Positions 28,013 through 41,871 of a DNA stretch of 64,000 bases are shown here, one piece after another. Below the pieces are notes generated by a model. The model worked only from the letters and a program-made list of their open reading frames with translations. It had not been told where the DNA came from and did no database searches. A program made the position numbers and the translations under genes. Source of the stretch: Octopus vulgaris (lineage: Eukaryota). The number at the start of each line of letters is the position of its first letter. Position 1 is the first letter of the stretch. Where the stretch lies: contig OX597827.1 of the NCBI GenBank assembly GCA_951406725.2, positions 59,706,001 to 59,770,000 on the forward strand, in the 5' to 3' direction.

Positions 28013-28617
28013 TAATATTTATCCTTGTTTTCGCAAAGTAGAGCACATTTTAATGTTAATGTGTTAAAATTTATTCTCCATCAGATGTTGTGAGTATACA
28101 TTTATTAATTCTTTTTTTTATGTACAGCGATCTACTTATTTTGTCGTTTGAGTCTCTTTTACACAGAAATTCAAAGTATCTACTTTATGATAAGTAGCTA
28201 ATTTATTGGAGTACTATTTGTTTGTGTTTCTTTTATAAATAAACATACACAAGCCATGTTATTACAAGTTAGTTATGTATGATAATGTGAACTTACTTTC
28301 TCCTCCGATGATTAAGTATACGACACACGAATATTTGCAATCTCAGTTCAACACACACCTTTATCTATATTATCATTTGAACCTTTAGATCATGTTGCTT
28401 TCAATATATGAAGAAATTTAGCTGTACACGCACGTGCACGGGTAGGCACACACAGATACGTGCACATACATACACATCCAGTAGGCTGGTTTTGGTATGT
28501 GTCGGCAAGACTTCTATTACATAGTATAATCGATAAAAAGTGTACAATGAACTTGCGGTGGGGAGTTGAAAACCTAACGTTTCGGAGAGAACTCCATCTT
28601 CAGGTAAAAATAGAAGG

Positions 28618-28648
<31 letters not shown>

Positions 28649-28693
28649 TTGTATATGTATATATATGTATGTTTGTACGTTTTTTTGTTTTTT

Positions 28694-29001
28694 CCCCTTT
28701 TCAAGCCTAGCCAGATTCATGGGCCCAGTTACCCGGTTTCTATGGCGTATGTGTCCCCCCCCCCCCCAGCTGGACGGGACGCCAGTCCATCGCAGCGTTA
28801 CTCAAGAAACAGGAAGACAGAGTGAGAGGAAGTTGGGGTGAAAGAGTACAACAGGGGTCTCCACCAACCCCTGCCTGAGCCTCGTGGAGCTTTTAGGTGT
28901 TTTCACTCAATAAACACACACAACGCCCGGTCTGGGAATCGAAACCGTGATCCTCCGACCGCGAGTTCGCTGCCCTAACCACTGGGCCATTGCGCCTCCA
29001 C
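28694..29001 (-). mobile_element. SINE family D, full length, with C-type tail
   Basis: Head GTGGAGGCGCAATGGCCCAGTGGTTAGGGCAGCG...GGTTTCGATTCCC. Tail gctgcgatggactggcgtcccgtccag. Confidence 0.9.
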
Positions 29002-29562
29002 CCAAACACATACACTTATACAAAAATTCATACGCATTAATGCATGCAAGCCAAGATACGTTTTACTTATGTAATGCACAATATAAGAACACATACTCTT
29101 GCAACAGGGCCTGAGTATATCCATATGTAGGAGAGAAAGTGTGTGTTAATGCATGTACTTTGTGTGCTCAGCTTGTGCATGTGTATATTTGTATCTACAG
29201 AGTGTATATGAGTCTAGGCGCCTGTGTATGCGTGCATATATGTGGGTGTTCGTGGTTTGACCGATTTGTGTGAGGGTGCTATTTAAATACCACTCCATCA
29301 AAGTGTACTTTATCTTGTGTTGCAATTCTCTTCTGACGATGTAAATGAGATGAGAGCAAGAGACGGAAAGCAACATATCATATGGAAGTGTGTGTATGTT
29401 TGTGCGTGTGTGTGTTCATACATACACACACACAAATACATACATACAGATACATAAACACACACACACACACACGTATATGCATGTATGCATATATGTA
29501 TGGATGGATGGATGTATTTATGCATGTATGTATATATATTTATGTATACACACACAGAGATG

Positions 29563-29616
<54 letters not shown>

Positions 29617-29619
<3 letters not shown>

Positions 29620-30486
29620 GGTGCGATAGGTAAATTGTCACAATTTTATTTTTTTGATTTCGCGCATTGTTTTTTTTTATTTTTGACTATACTGTATAGT
29701 AGGGTCAGTTGGGCACCGTCTGTGAGAAAAAGAGTACCATAAGACAATTCAAATTTGGAAACGACATGCTGTAATGCTTGGCATTCGCGCCGGAAGCTCC
29801 AGTACGGACAGATGGTGAACACACAGAACAACTGTTGGCTTGCTGTGTCCCCAAAAGATGTACCGAGAGTGATAAAAATTAAACATTCAGTCAACATCAT
29901 GATGTTTGGAGTGATCACTAGTGATGGCGACCTTATGCCTCCATTCATCTTCCCACACGGTCTCACACAACACGGAGGCCAACATTAAGTGCCTGGAGGA
30001 GGTAGTGCTGCCCTGGGTGAAAAGCGTGGTTACTGGAAGACTGTATCTGGCAACAGGACTTTGCACCATGCCAACCAGGCAGGAGAACTCAGTTATGGCT
30101 GTCAGACAATTTATGCAACCACAACATCCCTAACATCTGGCTACTTAAATCCGCAGACTGCAAACCCCTTGATTATTTATGCGTGGGGCGTAGTTGAGCG
30201 AGAAACCAACAAAACTTCTTGTAACACCAAAGATGAACTGAAGGCAAGGATTATGGCAGCATTCATCCACCAACCTAAACAAGGAGACCGTCCAAAAGAG
30301 TTTCAGGAGATTCCGATATCGTCTGGAGGCAGTGGTTGCGGCCAATGGCGGTTTTATTGCAAAAATTTACTCTTTAGTATTTCAAGATAATTTTATGTAA
30401 TTTGGGTAAATATATCTGTTAAAATGAGATGAAAGTGCTACTTCTATTTTAGCGTTATTTAGAGGCAATATATTCATCGCACCCTG
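29617..30486 (+). mobile_element. Internally deleted Tc1/mariner element (maT/DD37D-like)
   Basis: TIR CAGGGTGCGAT.. / ..ATCGCACCCTG with TA flanks. Frameshifted transposase MMFGVITSDGDLMPPFIFPHGL, LEEVVLPWVK, WQQDFAPC, DCKPLDY, AWGVVERETNK. Confidence 0.9.
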
Positions 30487-30518
30487 TATATCTATATCTA
30501 TCTATATATCTATATATG

Positions 30519-30618
<100 letters not shown>

Positions 30619-31228
30619 TATATATATATATATATAAATATATATAAATATATGCATATATACATACATATATGTACATGCCTATATATATACATGCATA
30701 TATGGGTACAGGACATAAAAATAAAATGTTGAACACAATGAGAAAGAGCAAGAAGGTTGAGGACAAATTGAGAAAAGAACAAAAGGATAGAAACGAACAA
30801 CGAAAACAGCAAACTACTTTTCTACTCTTGTGTCTAGAGTAGAAAAGATTACCCTAGTCTTCGTGGTGTTTGAGTGACACTCTCGCCGAGTCGGACGTCG
30901 TCAATCTATATCAGAGTTCAACTGCACACTCAACTGCAAGTTGTTACTCATCTGCAGTCCAGTGACCTGAGACAAACGGGAACTGAAAGGATTGTGCTCA
31001 GTGACACTACATACCACACATTTCATTTCAAGGTGTCAATCCATAAGCTAACGATTGATAGCCCCAATTCTCTCACCATTAGTAACAGCAATGAAAAAGA
31101 AATCATTCTTATAGAATAAAGATAGTCGGTGTCTGTTGTTCCATCTACAGCCTGGCCAGGTGTTACGACTTTTGTCTCTTCAGAGACGACGAATGTATAA
31201 CACACACGCTAGCATACACAGACACATA

Positions 31229-31276
<48 letters not shown>

Positions 31277-31411
31277 TATAACGGAGTAAAATTGGGCCCG
31301 AAATTTTTGGGGCAGTAGGCGAGTCGACTAGAGTGAAAGGAAAGAAGATTTGAAAATACAAGCAAATAAACACGCAAAAGTCTGCATACACACATACATA
31401 TACGCATATAC

Positions 31412-31453
<42 letters not shown>

Positions 31454-32010
31454 TAACATGCATACATAACTATATATGTGTATGTGTGTGTGTGCATCTG
31501 TGCATGTGCATGCACATATGGTTGTATGCGTGCGTGTATGTATATACATGCACACATACGTGTGTGTATGTGTGTGTGTGTAGGTATGTATATATAATTT
31601 GTGGTAATAATTTCATTTTGAATGGTGTACATTTGGGATTCATTCTTCTTCACGTTTGTTAAAAATTACACAGATATAAAATCATACATAGCACCGATTC
31701 CTTATTCAGACGTTGTGCACTCAGCAATGTGATTAAATATCTTGCTCAGATGACTAATATTGCACTGGCTAGTTTGGTTTCATATACGTATCGTCCCATT
31801 TCTGTAGACTTATACACACATCTATACACATCTACATATATGTATATATGCATATACATACATATGCACATACATATGCACATACACATATATACACACA
31901 TACATATACGTATACATATACATATATGCATATGTATATATATAGATAGATAGATAGATAGATAGATATAGATATATATATATAGCTGTATATATATAGT
32001 TGTATATATA

Positions 32011-32072
<62 letters not shown>

Positions 32073-32098
32073 TACCTATACATATACATATACATATA

Positions 32099-32132
<34 letters not shown>

Positions 32133-32660
32133 GATATAGATATTGATATATAGATAGATAGATATAGATATATAGATATATTATATGTATATACCTATAT
32201 CCAAATTGCGTGTGTGTATGTGTGTGTGTGTGTATGCAAGTGTGTGTCTTTCATAGCGTCTATGTGTGAGAGGTTGAAATGCAGTGAAGGCTAAAGAACA
32301 GAGCTTCGGTGAGTGTCAGTATGTTTCTGTAGTACATCTTCAAACAAAAAAACAAAAACAAAAACACACACACACACACAGCCCTGCAGTTATGAGCAGT
32401 TATCTCATGTGTAATGTCTACTGGCAGGTCATATATAATTTAATTACACCTAATTCAGCAGCATTCCATGCAGACGTAGAAGGAATCACGGCAGAAATAT
32501 ATACACATACACGCGCGCGCGCGTGTGTGTGTATGTATGTGTGTGTGTGTGCGTGCGTGTGTGTAGATTCATAGTTGTGTACATTTATACATAAATGCAT
32601 CAATACACATCTAAATACAATACATACGTATATATTTGTGTGTGTGGATGTGAGTACATA

Positions 32661-32729
<69 letters not shown>

Positions 32730-32797
32730 GTATATATGTATATGTATATGTATATATATATGTATATATATATGTATATATATATATGTATATATAC

Positions 32798-32836
<39 letters not shown>

Positions 32837-33216
32837 CATACATACATATGTGTATATATATTCACATATGCGTATATATATATATATATGTGTGTGTGTG
32901 TATGTATATATGTGTGTATACGTGTAAGAATTCAGGCTTGTAAAATATGGATACTTTGTGTTTATTGTCTTCTTGCAACATGGCCAGATGTTACCACTCA
33001 TGCCTCTTCAGAGACGACGCTTGTAATACACTTTCACACACACACACACAAATATATACAGATAACGCCTCACATATTTATAGAAGATCTGGATTTCTGT
33101 CCCACTAGCAATATTCGTGTCTTCCTATCCAAGAATATTTTTAACCTACTATTCGCACGCGACTATTTATAGATTTATGTCCTTCGAAATCCACCGTTCC
33201 AAAAAGAATTACATGT

Positions 33217-33249
<33 letters not shown>

Positions 33250-33250
<1 letters not shown>

Positions 33251-33707
33251 CTTATATAAAATCCGTTCTATCTGTCTGTCTGTGTGTGTGGCTTCTAGGA
33301 TCTCGAGCATCCTCCATTCGATCGTACTCAAATTTGATATGTAGATACCGACGGTATCAGGGCGTGTATAAGTCTTGAAAAAATTACAAAAATCGATTCC
33401 AGGGGAGAATGCGATCGATAAAGCCGTGGGAACGTGAATTTGTACGCGCAAGTACATCAGCAGTTGCGATGTACTTACTGGTACTTTAAACTCTTCGGTT
33501 GCATATTTGTGTGAATAAAATCGTTTTTCTGTGGAATAGAACAAAAGTCTATCTTTATATCTTCTTTTGCTGGTGTCTCAAATTTAGGTTAAATCAGTGT
33601 TTCTCAAAGGGGAGGACTATGGGCCGGTCGGACAAGTTGTTTTGAGAAAATTTGGTTTAAATGTTTCACAACTCAGCACCGTCCATTGGACGGGAACGTT
33701 TTGCTCG
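33250..33707 (+). mobile_element. Non-autonomous Helitron-like element
   Basis: Starts A|TCTTATATAAA with (TCTG)n near the 5' end. 3' hairpin CCGTCCA-T-TGGACGG (33679-33693), 10 nt before CTCG|T. No TSD. Confidence 0.72.
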
Positions 33708-34005
33708 TATATATATATAAAACATATATAGTTCATTATTATCATACATGCATATTATATACAGCATATTATATAGTTCACTTCGAGGATGGTCAAATGG
33801 ACGGATCCTGATGAAGCTGCACCGACGATGCTGCAAGAGATCACTTAATTACGGATCGGAAGAATTCATGGAGTGACTAACAACTAAATGAAGCCAAGGC
33901 CGTTAAACACTGATCATTGAGGCTAGCCATTAACTGGAGCTTAACTGATAGCTAATGCGGTCTTTGCCCAGATAATATATCCCTCCAAACTCCCTTTTAA
34001 ACTCA

Positions 34006-34063
<58 letters not shown>

Positions 34064-34064
34064 T

Positions 34065-34225
34065 AGGCATAGCTGTGTGGTAAGAAGCTTGCTTCCCAAC
34101 CACATGGTTCCGAGTTCAGTCCCACTGCGCGGCGCCTTAGGCAACTGTCTTCTACTATAGCCTCGGGCCGACTAAAGCCTTGTGAGTGGATTTGGTAGAC
34201 GGAAACTGAAAGAAGCCCATCGTAT
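34065..34225 (+). mobile_element. SINE B, 5' half
   Basis: Match to the B head through gaagcccatcg. Confidence 0.88.
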
Positions 34226-34278
34226 ATATATATATATATAGTATTACTGGACGCTCAGGAAGGAAGGGAAGAAGGAGG

Positions 34279-34313
34279 GTTTAACGTTTCGAGCGGAGCT
34301 CATCGTCAGAAAC
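34279..34313 (-). ncRNA. Minimal type I hammerhead ribozyme within a Penelope-like fragment (about 34243-34382)
   Basis: Reverse complement GTTT-CTGACGA-T-GAGC tcc GCTC-GAAA-CGTT-AAAC: intact core, 4-bp stem I, 4-bp stem II, palindromic loopless stem III. Confidence 0.7.
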
Positions 34314-34414
34314 ATAGGAAAAGGAAAGATCCAGAGAAGAGAAGACGGAGGAAAAAAATCGCCAACGGTACACACGCGGTCATATACATATGTATACATA
34401 TATTTATATGTATG

Positions 34415-34463
<49 letters not shown>

Positions 34464-34634
34464 GTTTTAATTTGTCCATGTGTTAATTTTGCCAAATTAA
34501 CACATGGACTATATATTCCTTCTTCACTTGTTTATTAGTGTTCTTATTCTAACTCATGTCCTTTGTCCGTAAATCTCAGTATCACTTTCCGTCCTTGTAT
34601 GTGCTCTTGCTCCGCTTAGTCCATTCTGTTCTTT

Positions 34635-34665
<31 letters not shown>

Positions 34666-35156
34666 AATCTCCGTTTACCAAATTCACTCATAAGGCATTT
34701 GTTGCCACGGAGCTAAAGGAAGACACTTGCCCCAGGTTCTGTGTAGTGGGGCTGAAATCAAGACCACATGTTCGGCAAGCGAACGTCTTCCCACTCAACC
34801 ACGCCTGCGCCTGTAGAGATGAAAATATACGCACGAACACACACATATATAAATATATCCACATATTGTATAAACATATGTTAGCGTGAAATATCAAATT
34901 AACAAACGGCAGATATCAACAACCATTGAAAAATAACACTTTTTTTGTTGAAAAAAATCTGTCATAATTGAGTTCTGTGTATTTATAGTACGCGTGTGCG
35001 CGTGTCTGAGTGTGTGTGTGTGCGTGTGTGTGTTTGTATGTGTGTGTATGCAGAGCGTGTGTGTCTCTTTCTCCCCCTCCCTCTCTCTCTCTCTATATAT
35101 ATACGGAAACATGCCTAATTATGTTTATACATTTCATATGTATAATAAATACACAC

Positions 35157-35195
<39 letters not shown>

Positions 35196-35204
35196 TGCGT
35201 CAAA

Positions 35205-35256
<52 letters not shown>

Positions 35257-35963
35257 CATACATATATACATACATACATACATACATATATACATACATA
35301 CATACATATCTACATACATATATACATATATACATACATATATACATATATACATACATATATACATATATACATACATATATACATATATACATACATA
35401 TATACATATATACATATATATATATATACATACATATATATATATATACATATACATATATACATATATATATATATATACATACATACATACATATATA
35501 CATATATACATACATATATACATATAAGCATAAAACAAGTATATTTAGGAATTTATATATGTATGTCTGCATAAGAATGAATATATACGTATGTGTTAGT
35601 GAATGTCTGTGCGTGAATGCATGTTTACATGCACATTCCAATATGCACATGTATGTGTGTGCGTGTGTGTGTGTATGTATCCGTACATGTGTGTGTGGGA
35701 GGCGTACGTGTGCCTGTGTGAGTGAGCGTGTGCACTTAATTTGTTGGTTAACAAGACTACCATTGGTTTCATGCGGTCAGTCCTCAGCAATTATCTCGAC
35801 TTTCTTATGGGACGTTGGTGCTTGTCTCTATTTTGGTATTCTCATCCAAAATGGAGACAGGTAGCGCAACGTTCCATTTTCATACATTCTCACTGTTGCA
35901 TATTAGTGTCGCTTCCTAAACATATCATCTGCTAAGTTTCACTGCACGGCGCCTTGCTCAGTT

Positions 35964-35995
<32 letters not shown>

Positions 35996-36208
35996 GCATG
36001 TACGTCACTGTGTTCGTTTTCGCCCGCAACCACCGCTTGACAACTGGTATTGATTTGTCTGTTTCCTTGTAAAATAGCAGTTACGCAAAAATGGCCGATA
36101 GAATTGTAACCAACCTTAAAAAAATTTCCACTAAACCTTCCTGGGCGGTGCCCCAGTATTTCTGCGGTCTAAAGACGATAGCAAGTAAAGGGTTAAAATA
36201 TATGTGAT

Positions 36209-36319
<111 letters not shown>

Positions 36320-36383
36320 TATATGTATGTATATATATATATATGTATGTATATATATAAGTATATATATATTTATGTATGTA

Positions 36384-36419
<36 letters not shown>

Positions 36420-37107
36420 TGTATGTATCTATCTAGCTATCTATCGATCGATCGATCGATGGATGGATGGATGAGATGAGATGAACTTTTGAATGACTAC
36501 GGAACGAGAGTTAAGGGGGAGAAATAGAAGAGGGGAGAGGAAGAGAGGAAGGGAGAGAAAGGGAAAGGCTCAGAGACGAAGGGACAGGATAGGTGAGAAA
36601 GAGGGAGAGGAAAAGCCTGTGGTAGAGATAGATGGGTAGAGTGAGAAAGAGCAAGAAGGTTGAGGACAAATTGGTAAAGGTAATGTGAATAACCGCAGGA
36701 GGATTGAGTAAAGGAAAGAGAGGCAGAGAGAGAGAGAGGGGGGAAAGAGAGAGTGTGTGTGACAGAGAGAGGGAGGAGGTGAAGCAATGATGATAAATTA
36801 GAAACGAAGGGAAATAGAAGCTACAAGCAACTAGGTTAATATACTTATCGAAATTTTTACATCCTTGTGTGTGTATGTGTGTATGTGTGTGTGTATGTGT
36901 GTGTGTATGTGTGTGTGTATGTGTGTGTGTATGTGTGTATGTGTGTGTATGTGTGTATGTGTGTATGTGTGTGTGTATGTGTGTGTGTATGTGTATGTAT
37001 GTGTGCGTGTATGTGTGTGTATGTGTGTGCGTGTATGTTTGAGCGTGCGCAGGTATACGCGTATGGCTTTGTGCGCGTTAGTGTATGTGTGTGCACATAC
37101 ATACACT

Positions 37108-37184
<77 letters not shown>

Positions 37185-37299
37185 GAACGAAGAGGGACAA
37201 GAGAAAGACGGATAGAAAGAGAGAGAGAGAGATTTTCAAACTTCCCCACGCACACACATGAATATATAGATAGATAGATATATATATAGATAGATATAT

Positions 37300-37332
<33 letters not shown>

Positions 37333-37493
37333 AATAGAGGTGGGGAGGAAAATGTATATATATTTCCTTGTGTATATTTGTACATGTGCACAGGTTTCAA
37401 CTGTACTTGTCAGGTTTCTAGCAGTATATCTCCACCACCACATGCACAAACACTTTTTGCATATACACATACACACACTCACATATATTCAAG

Positions 37494-37568
<75 letters not shown>

Positions 37569-37672
37569 CCGTATAAATATAGTGCAATTGACTTGTTAAT
37601 CGTACCGGATATATAATCTACACAGATAGAATGGATACCGGCAGAAAGACGGATACCCAAAGCGCATGCACG

Positions 37673-37749
<77 letters not shown>

Positions 37750-38017
37750 ACACGAAAACACACAAACGCACACACACACACAGGTACACACACTCATGTC
37801 TTCACTGCTCCACATTTTCTACTTTACTAACACTCACACCCATAACACCCCCATAGTACCCGTCCTTCGCTCTTACTGATAAACATCACATGCCCTGCCA
37901 ACCAGTTTTCTTGTTGGAAGTTACCCTGGGGCTGGGTTAACAAATGAAGACAGTACTCATACTAAAACCACCATCTCTTTGCCAATTTATTACATATATA
38001 CATATATACATATATGC

Positions 38018-38281
38018 ATGGAAGCACTCCGTCGGCTACAACGACGAGGGTTCCGGTTGATCCGAATCAACGGAACAGCCTGCTCGTGAAATTAACGTGT
38101 AAGTGGCTGAGCACTCCACAGACACGTGCACCCTTAACGTAGTTCTCGGGGATATTCAGCGTGACACAGAGAGTGACAAGGCCAGCCCCTTGAAATACAG
38201 GTACAACAGAAACAGGAAGTAAGAGTGAGAGAAAGTTGTGGTGAAAGAGTACAGCAGGGATCACTACCATCCCCTGCCGGA
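38018..38281 (-). mobile_element. 5'-truncated SINE D body with a second tail type
   Basis: Shares gtgagagaaagttgtggtgaaagagtacagcaggg with D. Distinct 200-bp tail ending gacggagtgcttcca. Confidence 0.78.
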
Positions 38282-38325
38282 ATACATATATACATGCATA
38301 CACAAACACACATACGCACATATAT

Positions 38326-38745
38326 GTTTCTTATTTCTTTACTGCCCACAAGGGGATACACACAGAGGGGACAAACAAGGACAGACAAACGGATTAAGTC
38401 GATTATATCGACCCCAGTGCGTAACTGGTACTTATTCAATTGCCCCCAAAAGGATGAAAGGCACAATCGACCTCGGCGGAATTTGAACTCAGAACGTAGC
38501 GGCAGACGAAATACCTATTTCTTTACTACCCACAAGGGGCTAAATACAGAGAGGACAGACAAGGACAGACAAACGGATTAAGTCGATTATATCGACCCCA
38601 GTGCGTATCTGGTACTTATTTAATCGACCCGAAAGGATGAAAGGCAAAATCGACCTCGGCGGAATTCGAATTCAGAACGTAACGGCAGACGAAATACTGC
38701 TACGCATTTCGCTCGGCGTGCTAACGTTTCTGCCAGCTCACCGCC
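38326..38745 (-). mobile_element. SINE A dimer (long-tail subfamily)
   Basis: Same unit and internal junction as 6883-7393. Confidence 0.92.
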
Positions 38746-38756
38746 TCACACATATA

Positions 38757-38789
<33 letters not shown>

Positions 38790-38791
<2 letters not shown>

Positions 38792-38955
38792 GAGCAGGTG
38801 TGGTTGTGTGGTAAGGTGCCTGCTTCCCAACCACACGGTTCGGGTTCAGTCTCATTGCGTGGCACCATCTACTATAGAGTTTTCTACTATAGCCTCGGGT
38901 CGACCAAAGCCTTGTGAGTGAATATGGTAGACAGAAACTTAAAGAAACCCGTCGT
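38790..38955 (+). mobile_element. SINE B, 5' half
   Basis: Homology. Confidence 0.82.
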
Positions 38956-39151
38956 ATGTATTTATACATATATATCTGTATGAGTTAGAGGTTAAGAAAC
39001 CATCTAAGAGGTATTAAATATCCAATATACTACTGGATGTGTACATAATTATTTCTAACCAAATGCTTACTATTGCATGGCGATATCGCAATTGAATACT
39101 AGGTATGGTTGGGGATAAATCAGAAATTTTCTTATTTGCCTCATATATATA

Positions 39152-39458
39152 TATCACGTGATCACGTGACCGACCAGGCTATCAGCTGTTGCTACACATC
39201 GCTGATCACAATGCGCTTCGCATTGTTTTAGCCTTCAAATGACGCCACCACGCTGGCTAAGCGAGCAGGCCAACAGAAGAAAGAGTGAAAGTTGCGGCGA
39301 AAGAGTACAGCAGGGATCACCACTACCACCTGCTGGAGCCTCGTGGAGCTTTAGGCGTTTTCGCTCAATAAACACTCACAATGCCCGGTCTGGGAATCGA
39401 AACCGCGATCCTACGACCGCGAGTCCACTGTCCTAGCCACTGGGCCATTGCGCCTCCA
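39152..39458 (-). mobile_element. SINE D with a third tail type ending in TCACGTGATCACGTGA
   Basis: D head and body. The tail also occurs alone at 46487-46605. Confidence 0.88.
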
Positions 39459-39972
39459 TACACACAGAGTGGGGGGGCTTTTTCCCCACCATCCTTTGGC
39501 AAACGAAATTGGTGTGTTCACGAACACTTAACGGTTCGGCAAAGGGATCGATAGAATAAGTACCAGACTTTAAAAAATTAGGTACTGAGTATCTGCATGT
39601 ATGTGTACAATTCTGTGAGTGTGTATGTACTTGTGTGTTCATGGGTGTTTGTGTGCGAGCGGGTATGTGTGCGCGTATGTGTACGTATATGTAAGCGGGA
39701 ATAGTGAGTGTGTGTGTGTGTGTGTGTGTAAAACATATATATACGTGCGTGTGCGAAGGTATGCATATATGTATGTATACAAATGTACCTGTGAGTGTAT
39801 GTATACATCTCTATGTCTATATGTCTATATATATATATAAGAATACAAAAAATGGGACAAGAACGTGACAGGCGACAACAAAACATCCAGACAGTTGAAT
39901 GATACAAAAAGGGACATGAAAAAATAAGATCAGGTCATTCGGAGTTCCAGATTATCTTTGCAGTTTCGACTG

Positions 39973-40062
<90 letters not shown>

Positions 40063-40418
40063 TTTTATTCGTAATGAGATAAAAAACGAAGGCTGTGTAG
40101 ATTTTAGAACATTTATAAATAAAATGTCTTACAGCTGTTTCAAGGATTTTATATCCCTTCGTCATGTATGTATGTATGGAGAGAGACTCTGTGTGTGTGT
40201 GTGAGTGAGTGAGTGAGAGAGAGAGAGAGAAAGAGTGAGAGAGAAAGAGAGAGAAATCTTGAAAGCTGAAGACTTTTGGATTCTAACACTGATGTTTAAA
40301 GATGCCGATTAGTACTCACACGTTTAAGACGAATTGCTTGAAGAACCGACAACGTGGAACACAAAGCCACCACAAATGAAGCCTTGGCTTCTAATCGTAT
40401 ATACATACAAACTTTCTT

Positions 40419-40458
<40 letters not shown>

Positions 40459-40665
40459 TAGTCCTGGTTTGGTCGTTTGTAAACACAGACATTCCTCAAA
40501 ACACCACAGATGCACACACACACGCACACACAAACATACACTGACGCCTATATACTAATGTATACATATACATACATGTTCATATTTAAGGAAAAGTATA
40601 TACGGTTCTGTGTATATATTTAAATGATCTCTCTTTCTCTCTCTTTATCTCCCCCCCTCTCTCTC

Positions 40666-40708
<43 letters not shown>

Positions 40709-41601
40709 ATATAAACATAAATAGATATATGCATATGTATATATATCTATGTATACATACATACATACATACATACATACACATGTGTACGCACATAGGT
40801 CCGCAGTGCCATTCATATACACATGTGTATATGCGTGTATATATGTGTGTGTATGAATGTGTGTGTGTCCCCATACGTATTCGTGAATGTGAATATGCCT
40901 TTAGTTTAGAACCATATATACACTCATGTGGTCTCAGCCTGCATTTGTACGCATACGTTTGCGAGTGTATACATATAGGGAGATATGTGTGCATGTGTAT
41001 ATATGTTTGTGTGTGTGTCTGTGCGTGCCTGTGTGTCTGTGTTTGTGTGTGTGCGTGTATATGTATGTATGTATATACATTTGTATATATATATGTGAGT
41101 GTGTGTATATATATATACGTGTGTGTGAATGTGTGCATATATATATATGCAAACATATGTGCACATGTGTGTGTATTTATGTAGGCATGCATGCATATAT
41201 GTATCCAAACCTCTTAATAGATAAACCAGAGTAGAAAAGTCTGGGTGTAAATATACCCTCCCTTTATACATATTTGTACATACATACATGCATACATATA
41301 CGTACATACATACATTTGTGTGTATGTGTTTGTAGGCATATGTGCATAGAAAGGAAGAAACCATTACGTTTATATATTTATATGTATATATATATGAGTG
41401 TGTATTTGTGTGTGTTTGCGTGTGTGTGTTCGTGCGCGCGCGCATATGTGTAAAGCTTTGAGTGTATGGAAGAGACTGTGTGTTTATGTCTTCGAAAAAT
41501 TTTGTATGCTAAGGCTTGTTGCGTAGCCGTTTGAGTGAAGAAAATTTCATTCAACTGTATATATAAACTCATTTACACACATACTCATACACTCTCACAC
41601 A

Positions 41602-41663
<62 letters not shown>

Positions 41664-41722
41664 TAAGTAAACATACATACAAGCCTCACACTCACAACAC
41701 ACACGCGCTCACACACACACAT

Positions 41723-41756
<34 letters not shown>

Positions 41757-41799
41757 GTTAATATATAGATCCGCGTATGTATGTATGTATGTGTATATA

Positions 41800-41871
<72 letters not shown>

